From contig CAWKLD010000002.1 of NCBI GenBank assembly GCA_963850225.1, positions 10,107 to 74,106 of the forward strand: 64,000 bases of DNA, read 5' to 3'. Under the pieces are notes generated by a model. That model was not told where the DNA came from, ran no database searches, and was given only the letters and a program-made list of their open reading frames with translations. Within the stretch, counting starts at the first letter, position 1, and each line of letters begins with the position of its first letter. Position numbers and translations under genes: made by a program. Below, in pieces: positions 19,384-30,548 of this stretch. The DNA is from an uncultured delta proteobacterium. Its GTDB lineage: Bacteria > Desulfobacterota > Desulfobacteria > Desulfobacterales > Desulfatirhabdiaceae.

Positions 19384-20568
19384 ATGGAATCGGCGGCAAC
19401 TTATAGTCGGAGGGTGATGATGAGCCTGTTTCTCCTGAGTTTTTTTCTTATTTATGGCGGTACGCATCTCTATTTTTTCCTCAAAATAAAAACTGCCCTT
19501 TCTCCCGGATTTCTCACTTCTCTTTTTCTGGCGTTCTTTCTGCTTTTAATGGTTGTCACGCCGGTGCTGGTCAGGGTACTGGAAAAACAGGACATGCAAG
19601 CTTTTGCGCGTTTTGCGGCCTATACCGGCTACCTCTGGATGGGATTCATCTTCCTCTTCTTTTCCGCTTCACTGGCCATAGATATTTACCATGGGCTTCT
19701 TCATGGCGCCGAGATCTTATTCCGGCGGGATTTTTCAGCACTTTTCCTGGCGAGCCGAACTGCTTTAATCCTGCCCCTTGCATGGGGAATGGCAACAGCG
19801 CTATATGGATACTTCGAAGCCCTTGACATAAGAATCGAACGGGTCGTCATCAACACTCCGAAAATTTCGAGTGACGTCGGCAAGCTCACCATTGTCCAGG
19901 TTTCCGACGTGCATCTGGGGCTGATCGTCCGGCAGGAGCGTCTGAAACGTGTCATTGCCAAGATCGATGAGGCATCGCCTGATCTTGTTGTCTCTACCGG
20001 GGATCTGGTGGATGGGCTGATCAACCGGATGACAGGACTGGCTGAACTTATGCAGGATATCCGCCCGAGGCTCGGCAAGTTCGCCGTCATTGGCAATCAC
20101 GAGATCTACGCTGGGCTAAATCACGCCATAGAATTTACAGAACGCGCTGGCTTTAAAGTGCTTCGTAATGAAAGATCAACAGCAGGTGGATTGATAAATA
20201 TCGTGGGAGTTGACGACCCGACCATCGAGAGAATCACCCATATCCTTCCGGCCCCTGAAAAGGCGCTTTTATCGAAAGTACCCCCAGACAAATTCACCCT
20301 GCTTTTAAAGCACCGCCCGGAAATGGATCAAGAGAGCCTGGGCCTCTTCGACCTGCAACTTTCAGGTCATGTCCATAAAGGGCAGATATTTCCTTTCAAT
20401 CTTTTGACCCATCTGTTTTATCCCATAAGGACAGGGTTCTCACTCTATCCGCTAAACGCTGCCCTCTACGTGAGCAGAGGGACGGGTACCTGGGGACCAC
20501 CGATCCGCTTCCTGGCTCGACCTGAAATAACGGTAATCGAACTGAGACAGATGGATAAAGGAAAATAA
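19384..20568 (+). CDS. membrane-anchored metallophosphoesterase
   Basis: 394 aa. Four N-terminal TM helices, then VSDVHLG, GDLVDG, GNHE and SGHVHKG calcineurin-like phosphoesterase motifs. Confidence 0.75.
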   Translation: MESAATYSRRVMMSLFLLSFFLIYGGTHLYFFLKIKTALSPGFLTSLFLAFFLLLMVVTPVLVRVLEKQDMQAFARFAAYTGYLWMGFIFLFFSASLAIDIYHGLLHGAEILFRRDFSALFLASRTALILPLAWGMATALYGYFEALDIRIERVVINTPKISSDVGKLTIVQVSDVHLGLIVRQERLKRVIAKIDEASPDLVVSTGDLVDGLINRMTGLAELMQDIRPRLGKFAVIGNHEIYAGLNHAIEFTERAGFKVLRNERSTAGGLINIVGVDDPTIERITHILPAPEKALLSKVPPDKFTLLLKHRPEMDQESLGLFDLQLSGHVHKGQIFPFNLLTHLFYPIRTGFSLYPLNAALYVSRGTGTWGPPIRFLARPEITVIELRQMDKGK

Positions 20569-20626
20569 AGTGAAGAACAATCCGGGGGCTTAAGTATCAC
20601 TGGTTGCAGAAACTTAGACCATAGTG

Positions 20627-22483
20627 TTATCCGATACCATATAGGATCGGAAGCAACCAGGAAAGAGCGATCCACATGATAATAACCAGCGGCACCCCGA
20701 TCCGAAGAAAATCATTAAAAGTGTATTCTCCGGCGTTCATGACGAGCAGATTGGTTTTGTAGGCCATGGGGGTGGCATAGCTCATATTGGCCCCGAATAG
20801 TACCGCGAGGACAAACGGTTCAGGGGGCTGCCCCATTTGGGCGGCAATGGAAACGGCAATAGGGGTGCCGATTACCGCTGCCGCGTTGTTGGATACAATG
20901 TTGGTGAGGATCGCCATCAGAAGCATCAGGCCACTGATCACGAAAGTCGGCGAAGCGCCCCCTGCCAAAGCCACAAATAGCTGCGCCAGGTAATCCGCAC
21001 CGCCGGTCTTCAGCAGTGCAACCCCGAGGGCCAGACTCGCGGCCACGATAAGGATGACCTGCGCACTCAGGGCATTCGTGGCATCACGCCATCCCAGGCA
21101 TCCGGTAAGGATCATTAACAGCGCCCCGGATGGCGCGCTGATAGCTATCGGCAGGATCTCCAAGGCGGCCGATACAACAATGCCCAGCATAATGAGCAGT
21201 GCCACCGGAGCCTTTCGAGTGAAAGGCAAATCCGTCGTGGCATCGAGCACGAGAAAATCCTTCTCTTTTTTCAGGCTGGCGATCTGCTTACGGGGTCCCT
21301 GAACCAGAAGGATATTTCCAGCCTTCAGACGGATATCCCCGATTTCATCATATACCGTTTCCAGGTGCTTGCCCGCTATGTGTATGGCCAGTATAATCAT
21401 CCCATACCGGTCCGCAAATCGCATCTCGCTGAGCGTCCTTCCCTGAAGGCGGGAGCCCTCTATGACGACTATCTCTGCGATCTGTTGATCTTCTGCCTTC
21501 AGGGGATGTTCGTCATCAACAGGATTATCCTCCGAATCCTCCGGATAGAGCGTTCCCTCAAGTATCTTTTCGAACTCCTTCAGACGCTCGGGGGTATCCC
21601 GGATGACCAGGTGATCGCCGGCTCTCAGCACCACGCTTGGAAGCGGCATCATGAAGTTGTCGGGCCCGCGTTCCACGCTCATGACCTTCATGGCACCATC
21701 GGTCTTCTTGATGGCTTCAGCCAGCGTCTTGCCTTCGGCCGGGCTTCCCTCCAGAATCGCAAGATGGGCCGTGAAAACCCTGGGGGAGGTGTCCGATAGC
21801 GGCTGTTCCCGCTTGGGGATGATTCTCGGGGCCAGGAGCCAGAGATAAACGATTCCGATGCTTCCGGCAATTGCCGCCGGCACCAGGAAATCGAACATCT
21901 CCATCCGTTTTAAGCCCATCTCTGCAGCCACGGAGACCACAAGCAGGTTTGTGGAAGTTCCGATGGTTGTACACGTTCCTCCCAGCAGGGTGGCAAACCC
22001 CATGGGCATCAGGACCGAAGATGCAGGCATGCCGGTTCTGAGGGAAACATTTATCAGGATGGGGAGAAACAATACAACGACCGGGACATTGTTGATAAAA
22101 GCGCTGATAAAGGCGCTGACCAAAAGCGTCAAGAGCAGGGAGATGCTGGGATTGACCTTCCAAAGCCGAGCCAAAGCTCTGCCCACCGGTTCCAGCGCTC
22201 CTGTTCGCACGATGCCCTGTCCGGCAATCATTAGGGCACAAACGGCAACCAGTGCCTCGTGTCCGAAACCGTGGAAAAAGTCCACGGCGTGTAAAACACT
22301 TCCATCTGCCTGAAAAGGAAAGAGTTCGAACCCCACGGCCAGGCCAATGAGAACCAGGAAACTGGAGGACTCGAGTGGTATCTTTTCACGGGTGAACAAA
22401 ATCAGCGCAAGGACTGTGAGAAGCATCACTGCCAAGGCATGAGCATTGGGAAGCGGCGGAAGGCCCATCAAAAATGACTCCAA
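20627..22483 (-). CDS. SLC13/DASS family permease with central TrkA-C (RCK_C) domains
   Basis: 618 aa. Polytopic N- and C-terminal halves flank two soluble repeats (FTAHLAILEGSPAEGKTL..., IAEIVVIEGSRLQGRTL...) typical of TrkA-C inserts. Confidence 0.85.
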   Translation of the reverse strand: MESFLMGLPPLPNAHALAVMLLTVLALILFTREKIPLESSSFLVLIGLAVGFELFPFQADGSVLHAVDFFHGFGHEALVAVCALMIAGQGIVRTGALEPVGRALARLWKVNPSISLLLTLLVSAFISAFINNVPVVVLFLPILINVSLRTGMPASSVLMPMGFATLLGGTCTTIGTSTNLLVVSVAAEMGLKRMEMFDFLVPAAIAGSIGIVYLWLLAPRIIPKREQPLSDTSPRVFTAHLAILEGSPAEGKTLAEAIKKTDGAMKVMSVERGPDNFMMPLPSVVLRAGDHLVIRDTPERLKEFEKILEGTLYPEDSEDNPVDDEHPLKAEDQQIAEIVVIEGSRLQGRTLSEMRFADRYGMIILAIHIAGKHLETVYDEIGDIRLKAGNILLVQGPRKQIASLKKEKDFLVLDATTDLPFTRKAPVALLIMLGIVVSAALEILPIAISAPSGALLMILTGCLGWRDATNALSAQVILIVAASLALGVALLKTGGADYLAQLFVALAGGASPTFVISGLMLLMAILTNIVSNNAAAVIGTPIAVSIAAQMGQPPEPFVLAVLFGANMSYATPMAYKTNLLVMNAGEYTFNDFLRIGVPLVIIMWIALSWLLPILYGIG

Positions 22484-22915
22484 AAGATTTCTGTCTGAAT
22501 GCCTGTAAGACTCTAACGTCTATTCTATCGATAAGATTTTGGATTCACTTACTACAGACAACACAGTCACGTCAATTTGCATTTTTTACAAAGACATTAC
22601 AGACGGCTTCCATCGACCACCGATGCCCCCCGGTCGACATCCCACAAAAGAACCACCAACCTGATTTCGGGGACACCATACCTGAATATTCTGGCAACAA
22701 GAGGCTGTGATATATCTGCAAACCATCCTTGGAAACCGCATTGAACAGCTTATTCCCTTGAAAAGCCTACTAAAAGCCGGTATGCTTCTAAGAAACAGGT
22801 TCGTATCCTGGCGATGCAGTTCTTCCTGCTACATGCATGCGAAACAAACTTAAATCCATTATGGGAGGATAATTCATGGCTATAGCCTTTCCGTTTCTGG
22901 ACATTTACCTGCCCC

Positions 22916-23984
22916 ATGCCTGTTCCTGCTGCCCCTGAACTCACTGCATGGCGATGGTCAATTCTGAAACCTGTCTTTGCGGCATTGATTCTTGCCCTGT
23001 GTTTGCAGCTGAACCTTCCCCTACCTGCAACCGGAGAAACCATCCGCCTGTTTCGTATCGGAACCGGAGGGGCCACAGGCGTCTATTATCCGATCGGAAA
23101 ATTGATTGCAGAGGGACTGACCAGACCGGCGGAGGAAAAGGACATTCCCGGCGCCCCTGTAAACGGTGTGCCCGGAATCATTGGCGTGGCGCAGAACTCC
23201 GCAGGCTCAATTGAAAACGTGCGGGCCGTGGTCTCCGGCCAGATCGAAGCCGGATTGGTTCAAGCAGATATCGCGGCCTCGGCGTTTCAGTCGGAACACG
23301 TTTTTGCCAAAGATCCCAGTGGTAGCGCCCTTCGCGCGGTTGCAAGCCTTTATCCCGAAATGTTTCAGCTTGTTACCCGCCGGGATGCCAATGTCCGCAG
23401 CGTACCGGATCTTCGCGGAAAACGTTTTTCCATTGACGAACTTGGATCAGGAACACTGTCTGTCATGCGAATTGTTCTGGCCGCCTACGGTCTTTCGGAA
23501 AGCGATTTTTCCCCGGTGTATTTAAAGCCTGTGTTCACCCAGGAGAAAATGGCGCAAAACGAACTTCAAGGCTTTGCGATGATGGCCGGCGCTCCCATGA
23601 AAGCGGTCACCCAACTCTCCGATATCGGGCTGTTTCTTGTTCCCATTGATTCAAATAAGGCATCGGAAATTAACGCCCGCTTTCCCTATCTGGTTCCGGG
23701 CAAGATCCCCTCCGGGGTGTATTCCGGCATTGCCGAGACGCCGACCCTTCAGGTCTATGCCCTTGCTGGTGGTGAGCGCGGAAACTTCAGCGGAACTGGT
23801 CTACCAGGTGACTGCAGCCCTGTGGAGTGAGCGAACCCTATCTTTACTGAAACAAGGGCATCCCCAGGGAAAAATGGTCACTCCGGAAACAGCGCTGACA
23901 GGATTATCCATTCCGCTTCACCCCGGAGCAGAACGCTTTTACCGGGAAAAGGAACTGCTGTCAAAGGGAACCCGTTCGCCATGA
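22916..23984 (+). pseudogene. TAXI-family TRAP-type solute-binding protein, one frame switch
   Basis: ORFs 22916..23830 and 23637..23984 are collinear (GTGGATGVYYPIGKLIA...TLQVYA | LLVVSAETSAELVYQVTAALW). Switch at the C run 23759-23762. No TRAP permease gene adjacent. Confidence 0.75.
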
Positions 23985-26528
23985 AAGCATCTCGCCACTT
24001 TTCCCAGATACTTCAATGGGGTGTCATTGCCGTGGTCGTTGCCGCAGTGATTGCAACCGGAATCTTGACCAACGTCACGCTGAGATCCATCGAAAAAAAC
24101 CTTCCGATCACGCTGCTTGGTGAACTTGCAATCCCTTGACCAGCTGCTCGAGAATCTTTCCGAAGTTGTTTTCGCTGCAGAAGCAACCCGAATGGTGCCG
24201 ACTCCTGAAAACTATATTAAACTTCGACAAAAGGTCGAGATCGTTTTCGACGGCGTCGTAAAACTGCGCGATACGTATGTATTCGACAATCTGGTTCAGG
24301 CTTCCGCCTTTCACGCTGTTGTCGCTCCGGCTATCAGCGACGTTCAACTCTGGCTTGAGGAAGGCGTATCGGGGTATGGCCCGGAAACAGCCACAACACT
24401 GGATATTGCCCTGTCCCGAATCACCGGAGCATTTTCAAAGGCCAGAGTCCTTAACCATGATTCCCAGAAAATTGCCCAGAAAATCCTGAGTGAACAGCGC
24501 ATCCGTCTGGAACATTTTCTGCTCAGCGTCAATCTGCTCTTCCTGCTGACGCTGGCCATCACAGTCATCATGATTTTTCTCGATCGCACGCAGGCAGGTT
24601 TTTCTCCGGCGGGAGATTGAAGTTCAGACGGAACTCCGGCGTGCAGAGAAAACGCTTCGGGAGACCGAGGAGCTTTACAGCAAGCTGATCGCCTCCATCC
24701 CCGATATCGTTATCCGAACGGATGTCAACGGTCAGATTCTCTTTCTGAATGATATTACGCTCCAGATCAGCGGATATCAGCAATCCGAGATCCTGGGGAA
24801 AAACCTTCTGGAATTCATTGCACCCGAGGATCAGGAATCCGCCGTCGAGAACATGATGCTGATGTTCGACCGCAGACTCGGCCCCAAAGAATATTCGCTG
24901 ATCAAGAAGGATGGAAATAAAATTCCTTTTGAAGTCAATTCGGATGTTCTTCGCAGGAATGACGGATCACCTTACGGGACCGTAAACATCTGCCGCGATA
25001 TCAGCAAACGACTGGAGGCGGAGGAAGCGCTGAGGGAAAGTGAAAAACAATACCGATTGCTGGTTGAAAATGCCAATGATGCCATTTTCATCGCTCAGGA
25101 TGGCAAAATCAAGTTTCCAAATCCAATGGCCCGGGAAATCCTCGGATTTACAAAAGAACAACCGGAAGAAATTCCATTTGTCGACTTCATTCATCCCGAA
25201 GACCGCGAAAGGGTCTTAGATCTGCATCGTCGCAAGTTGTCCGGTGAAGAACACCTTCCGACAAATTATTCCTTCCGGATCATTAACAGCGCCGGCAGGG
25301 AATATACGGTGCAATTGAATGCCGTCAAAATTGCGTGGAAAGGGCGACCTGCCACCCTGAATTTTGTCAGAGACATCACGGATCAGCTGAATCTGGAAGC
25401 CAGTTTGCGTCAGGCTCAAAAAATGGAGGCCATCGGCACGCTGGCAGGCGGCATTGCACATGATTTCAACAATTTATTAATGGGAATTCAGGGCCGCATT
25501 TCGCTGATGCTGTTCGGAATGGAGGCTGGTTCTCCTTATTTCGAACACCTCAACCGCATCGAGGCTTGCGTGAAAAGCGCAACCGATCTTACCCGGCAGC
25601 TTCTGGGGTTTGCCAGAGGGGGCAAATACGAAATCAAGCCAACCCGCATGAATGACATTCTGGACCAGAGCATTGACATGTTCGGACGGACGCGTAAAGA
25701 AATTCAAATACACAAGGATTACGAACCGCATCTCTGGACAACGGAAGTCGACCGGGGGCAAATGCATCAGGTGCTGCTGAATTTATTCGTCAATGCCTGC
25801 CAGGCAATGCCAAGCGGCGGAAATTTACATCTGCGGACTGAAAACTGCGTCATTCAAGAATCCATGCTTTTGCCTCCGGAATTGAGTCCAGGCAATTATG
25901 TAAAAATTTCCGTCACCGATACGGGCGTGGGAATGGATGAAGCTACAAAGGCGCGCATATTCGAACCATTTTTCACCACAAAGGAAATGGGACGGGGAAC
26001 GGGATTGGGACTGGCTTCATCCTACGGCATTATTCGAAACCACGGGGGATGGATCTTTGCAGACAGCAGCATCGGAAAGGGCAGTACGTTTAGTTTTTTT
26101 CTGCCGGCATCGGAGAAAACCGTGAAGCCGCAGAGCCATGCCCCAGCAAAAGCGTTAAAAGGAACAGAATCGATTCTGCTCGTTGACGATGAAGCCATTA
26201 TCATCGATATCGGCAAACAATTCCTTGAAGTTCTCGGATACACCGTTTTCACCGCAAGTTCCGGCCAGGAGGCAATCGAGACCTACAGACGGGAATTCGA
26301 GACAAATCGACTTGGTGATTCTGGACATGATCATGCCGGAGATGGGTGGCAGCGAGACGATTCAGCGCATCAAAGCCATCAATCCCGAAGCCAGGATTGT
26401 TCTTTCAAGCGGTTACAGCATCAATGGAAAGGCCGCAGGAAATCATGAATCGCGGATGCAATGGATTCATTCAAAAACCATACGGCATCACTGATCTATC
26501 GGAAACGATCCGCAAAGCCCTTGAATGA
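23981..26528 (+). pseudogene. hybrid sensor histidine kinase (periplasmic loop, PAS domains, HisKA, HATPase, receiver), about four frame switches
   Basis: ATG 23981 overlaps the TAXI stop (ATGA). Pieces 23981.., 24117..24620, about 24574..26448, 26183..26494 and 26346..26528. Motifs AHDFNNLL (H-box), GTGLGL, and IDLVILDMIMPEMGG receiver. Switches near 24125, 24590, 26300 and 26433. Confidence 0.8.
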
Positions 26529-26531
26529 GAA

Positions 26532-27250
26532 TCAGTGCGTGTGTGGATCTATTTTGCCGGATCCGACGGAGATCAGATCCACTTCGAAAATCAAGGTGCT
26601 GTTGGGAGGAACTCCGCTGCCGGCCCCACGCTCACCGTAGGCGAGTTTGGAAGGAATAAAGAGCTCCCACTTGGCCCCTTCCTTCATCAACTTGCAGGGC
26701 CTCGGTCCACCCGGCAATGACACGATCGACCTGAAAACTGGCCGGTTTGTTTCGCTTGAAGGAACTGTCGAACTCGGTACCATCGATATGCGTGCCTCGG
26801 TAGTTGACGGTTACGGTATCGGTTTCTTTGGGCGCAGCGCCGGTAGCCCTCGCGCACCACCCGGTACTGAAGCCCGCTCGGAAGAACCTGAACACCTTCT
26901 TTCTTGGCATTTTCAGACAGAAAGGCTTCTCCTTCGGCCAGATTCTTGTCCTTGTCTTTTAATCGTTTTTCCCTTTCGGTTTTCTCTATCCGCTTTTTCA
27001 GATCTACCAGGACGGTCCGCATTTCCTGAGGTGTCATCAGGGGATCGGTTCCTGCAAGCGCATCCTGTATCCCCTTCACAACCAGCTCGGGCTGCAGCTC
27101 CACCCCCTGGCGCTTGAGGTCTCCGCCAATCTGATAACCAAGGCTGTAATTGACTTTGTCTTTTTCATCCTCGATTTTCGGTGTTTCAGCAGCAGCGCTG
27201 ATATCGAAAAACAGAATCACGGTAAGCGCGGTAAGCATCAGATATTTCAT
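26532..27250 (-). pseudogene. FKBP-type peptidyl-prolyl isomerase (FkpA/Mip-like, secreted), two frame switches
   Basis: Pieces 26687..27250, 26632..26910 and 26532..26783 are collinear. Signal peptide, dimerisation helix, then [18 protein letters not shown]...[10 protein letters not shown] | [22 protein letters not shown]. Switches near 26845 and 26691. Confidence 0.8.
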
Positions 27251-27270
27251 TTCGATTCTTTTTCCTTTGG

Positions 27271-27300
27271 AAAAGCAGGCCGCATGGCAGCGTCCTGCTT
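27271..27300 (-). terminator. possible terminator hairpin downstream of the multicopper oxidase
   Basis: AAGCAGG / CCTGCTT 7-bp stem (27273-27279 / 27294-27300) with a 14-nt loop, followed on the minus strand only by TTTT. Weak. Confidence 0.35.
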
Positions 27301-27322
27301 AATACCTTATTAAATAGAGTCA

Positions 27323-29669
27323 TCACGGAAGTGGAGGCTCTGTCTCCCCAGGCGACATAACATACATCGCCCGCATCATCTCGTTATCCTCGTGCTCGAC
27401 AATGTGGCAGTGCCAGACATAAAGCCCGGGTTTGTCAAATGTGGCTTTGATACGGGTGACCTCCCCGGGATACGCGATGACCGTGTCCTTCAAGCCGGTC
27501 TCGCCTGGCTCGGGACTTCTCGGCTGAGCATCGTCATCCGGAAAAGCGGGGGCCACGGCGACGCCGTCATCGTCTACATTATCCAGCGCCTGACGGTTGA
27601 CAACCTGGAACCCCACCAGATGCAGGTGGATGGGATGAGCATCCGCAGTGAAGTTATAGATTTCCCACAGTTCGGTATCGCCCAGCATCGGGGTTTCCGT
27701 GATCATTTCCGACCACATCATCGGTGTCGGGTTTCCGTTATTATAAGTACCGAGCAATGCAGCCGCAGGACCATCCCATATTTCAGACATCTCCTCATTG
27801 AGACTGAGCCGTGCGCGTAACCGTGGGTTCGGGAATGGTTTCAGTCGTAACGGAAACCGGTATGGAGAAGTTTTCTCCCCGGCTTAAATCATCCGCAACC
27901 ACGTTAAACATCATCACCTGGCCTGTTGTATCATGATCCGCCGGATCAAAATCCTTGTTCGGCTCACCGCCGCCAAAAGGCTCATCCGGTCCTTGATTGA
28001 CAAGGTAGACCCGCGTACCGGGCGCCACATCCGAAAAGTTTACGATGACGTCGGCCCGCTCCGAAGGCCCCATGAGGAGTTGATCCATAACAGCGGGTTT
28101 GGGCAGCAACCCTTGTTCCGCACCGATCTGGACAAACTTGGCTCGGCAGGTCAACCCAGGTTTGGGGATTGTTGATATCCGTTGCAGTCACCAATTTCAG
28201 GATGAGAAACCGGGAATTGCAGCCATTCAGCAAGCGAAAACGGTACATGTCGGGCTCCACGGCTTGAACGGGCCAGGTCCGGCCGTTCACGACCATGGTG
28301 TTGAAAAATGCTTCCGGATTCCAGATCGGTGAAAGATCGGATTCGGGATCGGGAATATAGGGTCCGGGATAAGTGTCGAAATCTTCGCGGCTGTCCGGAT
28401 AATGCAGTGAACCGTCGGCATTGAACGAGCGGTCCTGAATGACAATGGGGATTTCCCAATACGGGGGTGCATCCAGCATGGGATCGGCGGGAACCCACAA
28501 GGGGTCTCCGGGTTTTGGCGCCGGGCCGGGAAGATTGAGGCTGTCTTCAATATCGTCCCTGACGAGCCAGAACCCAGCGGGTCCGGCATAAACATTGACC
28601 CGGGTCATACCCAGGGTGTGATCGTGATACCAGAGGGTAGCTGCGGGCTGACTGTTGTCATATTCGAAAACGGCCTTTCCCGGAACAAACGATTCAACGG
28701 ATCCGAAATTGTTGCCCTTAAGCGCATAACCTGCGGGATATTTGGTAGCTGCAGGCAGCCACCAGGCCTCGGGATAGCCGTCGCTGATCGCATCCACATG
28801 CGCCCCGTGAACGTGCGTCACCATGGGAACAGGTCCCTTGTAAAACCGCCCGAGGTTGTCCGCGTTGTAAACCGCCGACGGATCAGGCCTGCAATCGGTA
28901 TGGAATCCGCCATCCATGCACTTCAAGCATCTCCGGATTGGCCCAGTGCAGGGACCGGTCTACCGCCAGCAGATGCGGAAGGTATTTCCCCGATTCGTCA
29001 ACAAGACCGTTTGTCCAGGTGACCCTGGCAACCTCGTCCCTGCGCACCTCAACTGTAAATGCCGGATAATTGAAGGTGGAACCTGGCTGGCCGGGTGCCG
29101 GCCCCAACAGATCGCCATAACTCCATACGGTTGTCTTGGGAAAGGGGAGAGGCAGGATCTGCTGATCGAACTGCTTGACAGCAATCTCGTACTTCGAGTC
29201 CCACGGGGTGATCGCCTGCTGATCCGGGGACAAATCCGCCTTGCGTGCCGCAGCAGGCATCACCGGGGGAATAATCAGGAAATCCTGGTACTTCGGAATA
29301 ACCTTTGAATCCAGAAGCGGGGAGAGATTCCCGATAACGATTTCAAGAATGTTGGAAAAAGGGACTAGGTTCAGTGCCGCCGTAGGCCTGGACCCCAACG
29401 TAAAAAGCGGCGCCTTCCCAGAGATTGAACAAAGCATCTGTTTCCATTCCCAAGTTGACGGTCCCGATGGATTCGATTCCCGTGAAGGGAATCGCAGCAT
29501 AGACCAGAAGATAGCCGGTTGCTTCGGGAACCTGAGTCCAGGAAAGGTTCACCCAGGATCCTGAGGTTGATAGGGAGAGAACCGGCGGCTGGGGTTGAGA
29601 CTGCGCTGTGGCTGATATCATAAAAACAAATATAAAAATTACAGCAAGCAATATATTGTTCCGTCTCAT
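27323..29669 (-). pseudogene. secreted three-domain multicopper oxidase (CotA/bilirubin-oxidase-like) with N-terminal FN3-like module, four frame switches
   Basis: Pieces 29343..29669, 28883..29500, 27982..28926, 27795..28154 and 27323..27790 are collinear. All four Cu motifs are present: THVHGAH, WYHDH, HPIHLH, HCHIVEHEDNEMM. Signal peptide MRRNNILLAVIFIFVFMISATA. Confidence 0.8.
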
Positions 29670-29683
29670 GGCATTTTCCTTTC

Positions 29684-29767
29684 TTTCTTAAAAATTATTG
29701 ATCAAAATCTTCATGCACGCATACTCTATTCTGTTCTGAAGGAAAACGTTTCTTAAAAATTAATGAT
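29684..29767. repeat. 19-nt direct repeat TTTCTTAAAAATTA(T/A)TGAT, two copies 65 bp apart, in the AT-rich region upstream of the oxidase gene
   Basis: Copies at 29684-29702 and 29749-29767 match at 18 of 19 positions. They lie 15-100 bp upstream of the oxidase start (29669, minus strand). Confidence 0.55.
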
Positions 29768-30548
29768 TCTATTTATTAAAACAATAGCTGAATCCTAATT
29801 AAACAATAATTATCAATATATTATTATTAACTCCTAAAAGTCCAAATTGAGATGCCAATGCTTTTGCAGACCCGTTTGTTCAAGTTATTTGAATTTAAAG
29901 CACTTATCATGCCATATCGCTGTTTTATGGAAAATAACTATTAATATAAGTATGTTATATATCTTATTAATATATTGAAGGCTGCTTCAAGAAGGCCTGC
30001 ATCCTTCCATTTCCTCAATCTTGAAACTCTTAAAATAAATAAAACAATATTATCAGATTGTTATAAATAAGTAATCAATTATGGGATAGTCAATTTTGGC
30101 TAAGTCCGGCATATTCGAAGACGAAGGAAAGCAGAGAGACATTAATCTTTAACTTAACATAGCGCGAAACAATCAAACGCAGTGGGAAATTTATGACTGG
30201 CGCACTCATTGATAACCCGGCGCCAATTTTCGCGTAACCTGCAGGAGAAATGAACGAAAGATCATGACAGAGACCGCAGAAGGATATAAAATCGAAGCTT
30301 AATGTTTCGCATGGGCTATTTTCGATGGAAGTGACGGGACGCGGATGAAAAATCATTGATACAGCCAGAGACATTACCGAAAGAGGTTTATAGTTGCATC
30401 ACAATCCGGCCAATCGCAAGGCTTAAGGGAGCTTCTACGACTGACCGGATTGTTGTCACACAAAAACATGTTTTCAGGGCAAAAGCATCACTGCAAAACC
30501 CATGGCTTTAAAACCGAAAAACCAAACGGCTGTCCGATATAAAACAAA

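Noticed and set aside
30090-30374. 94-aa ORF containing a CXXCH motif (CGLCH) in the spacer between the oxidase and cytochrome genes
   Set aside because: It has no signal peptide, no RBS that I could see and poor, low-complexity composition. A single CXXCH is expected by chance. I treat the spacer as non-coding until shown otherwise.
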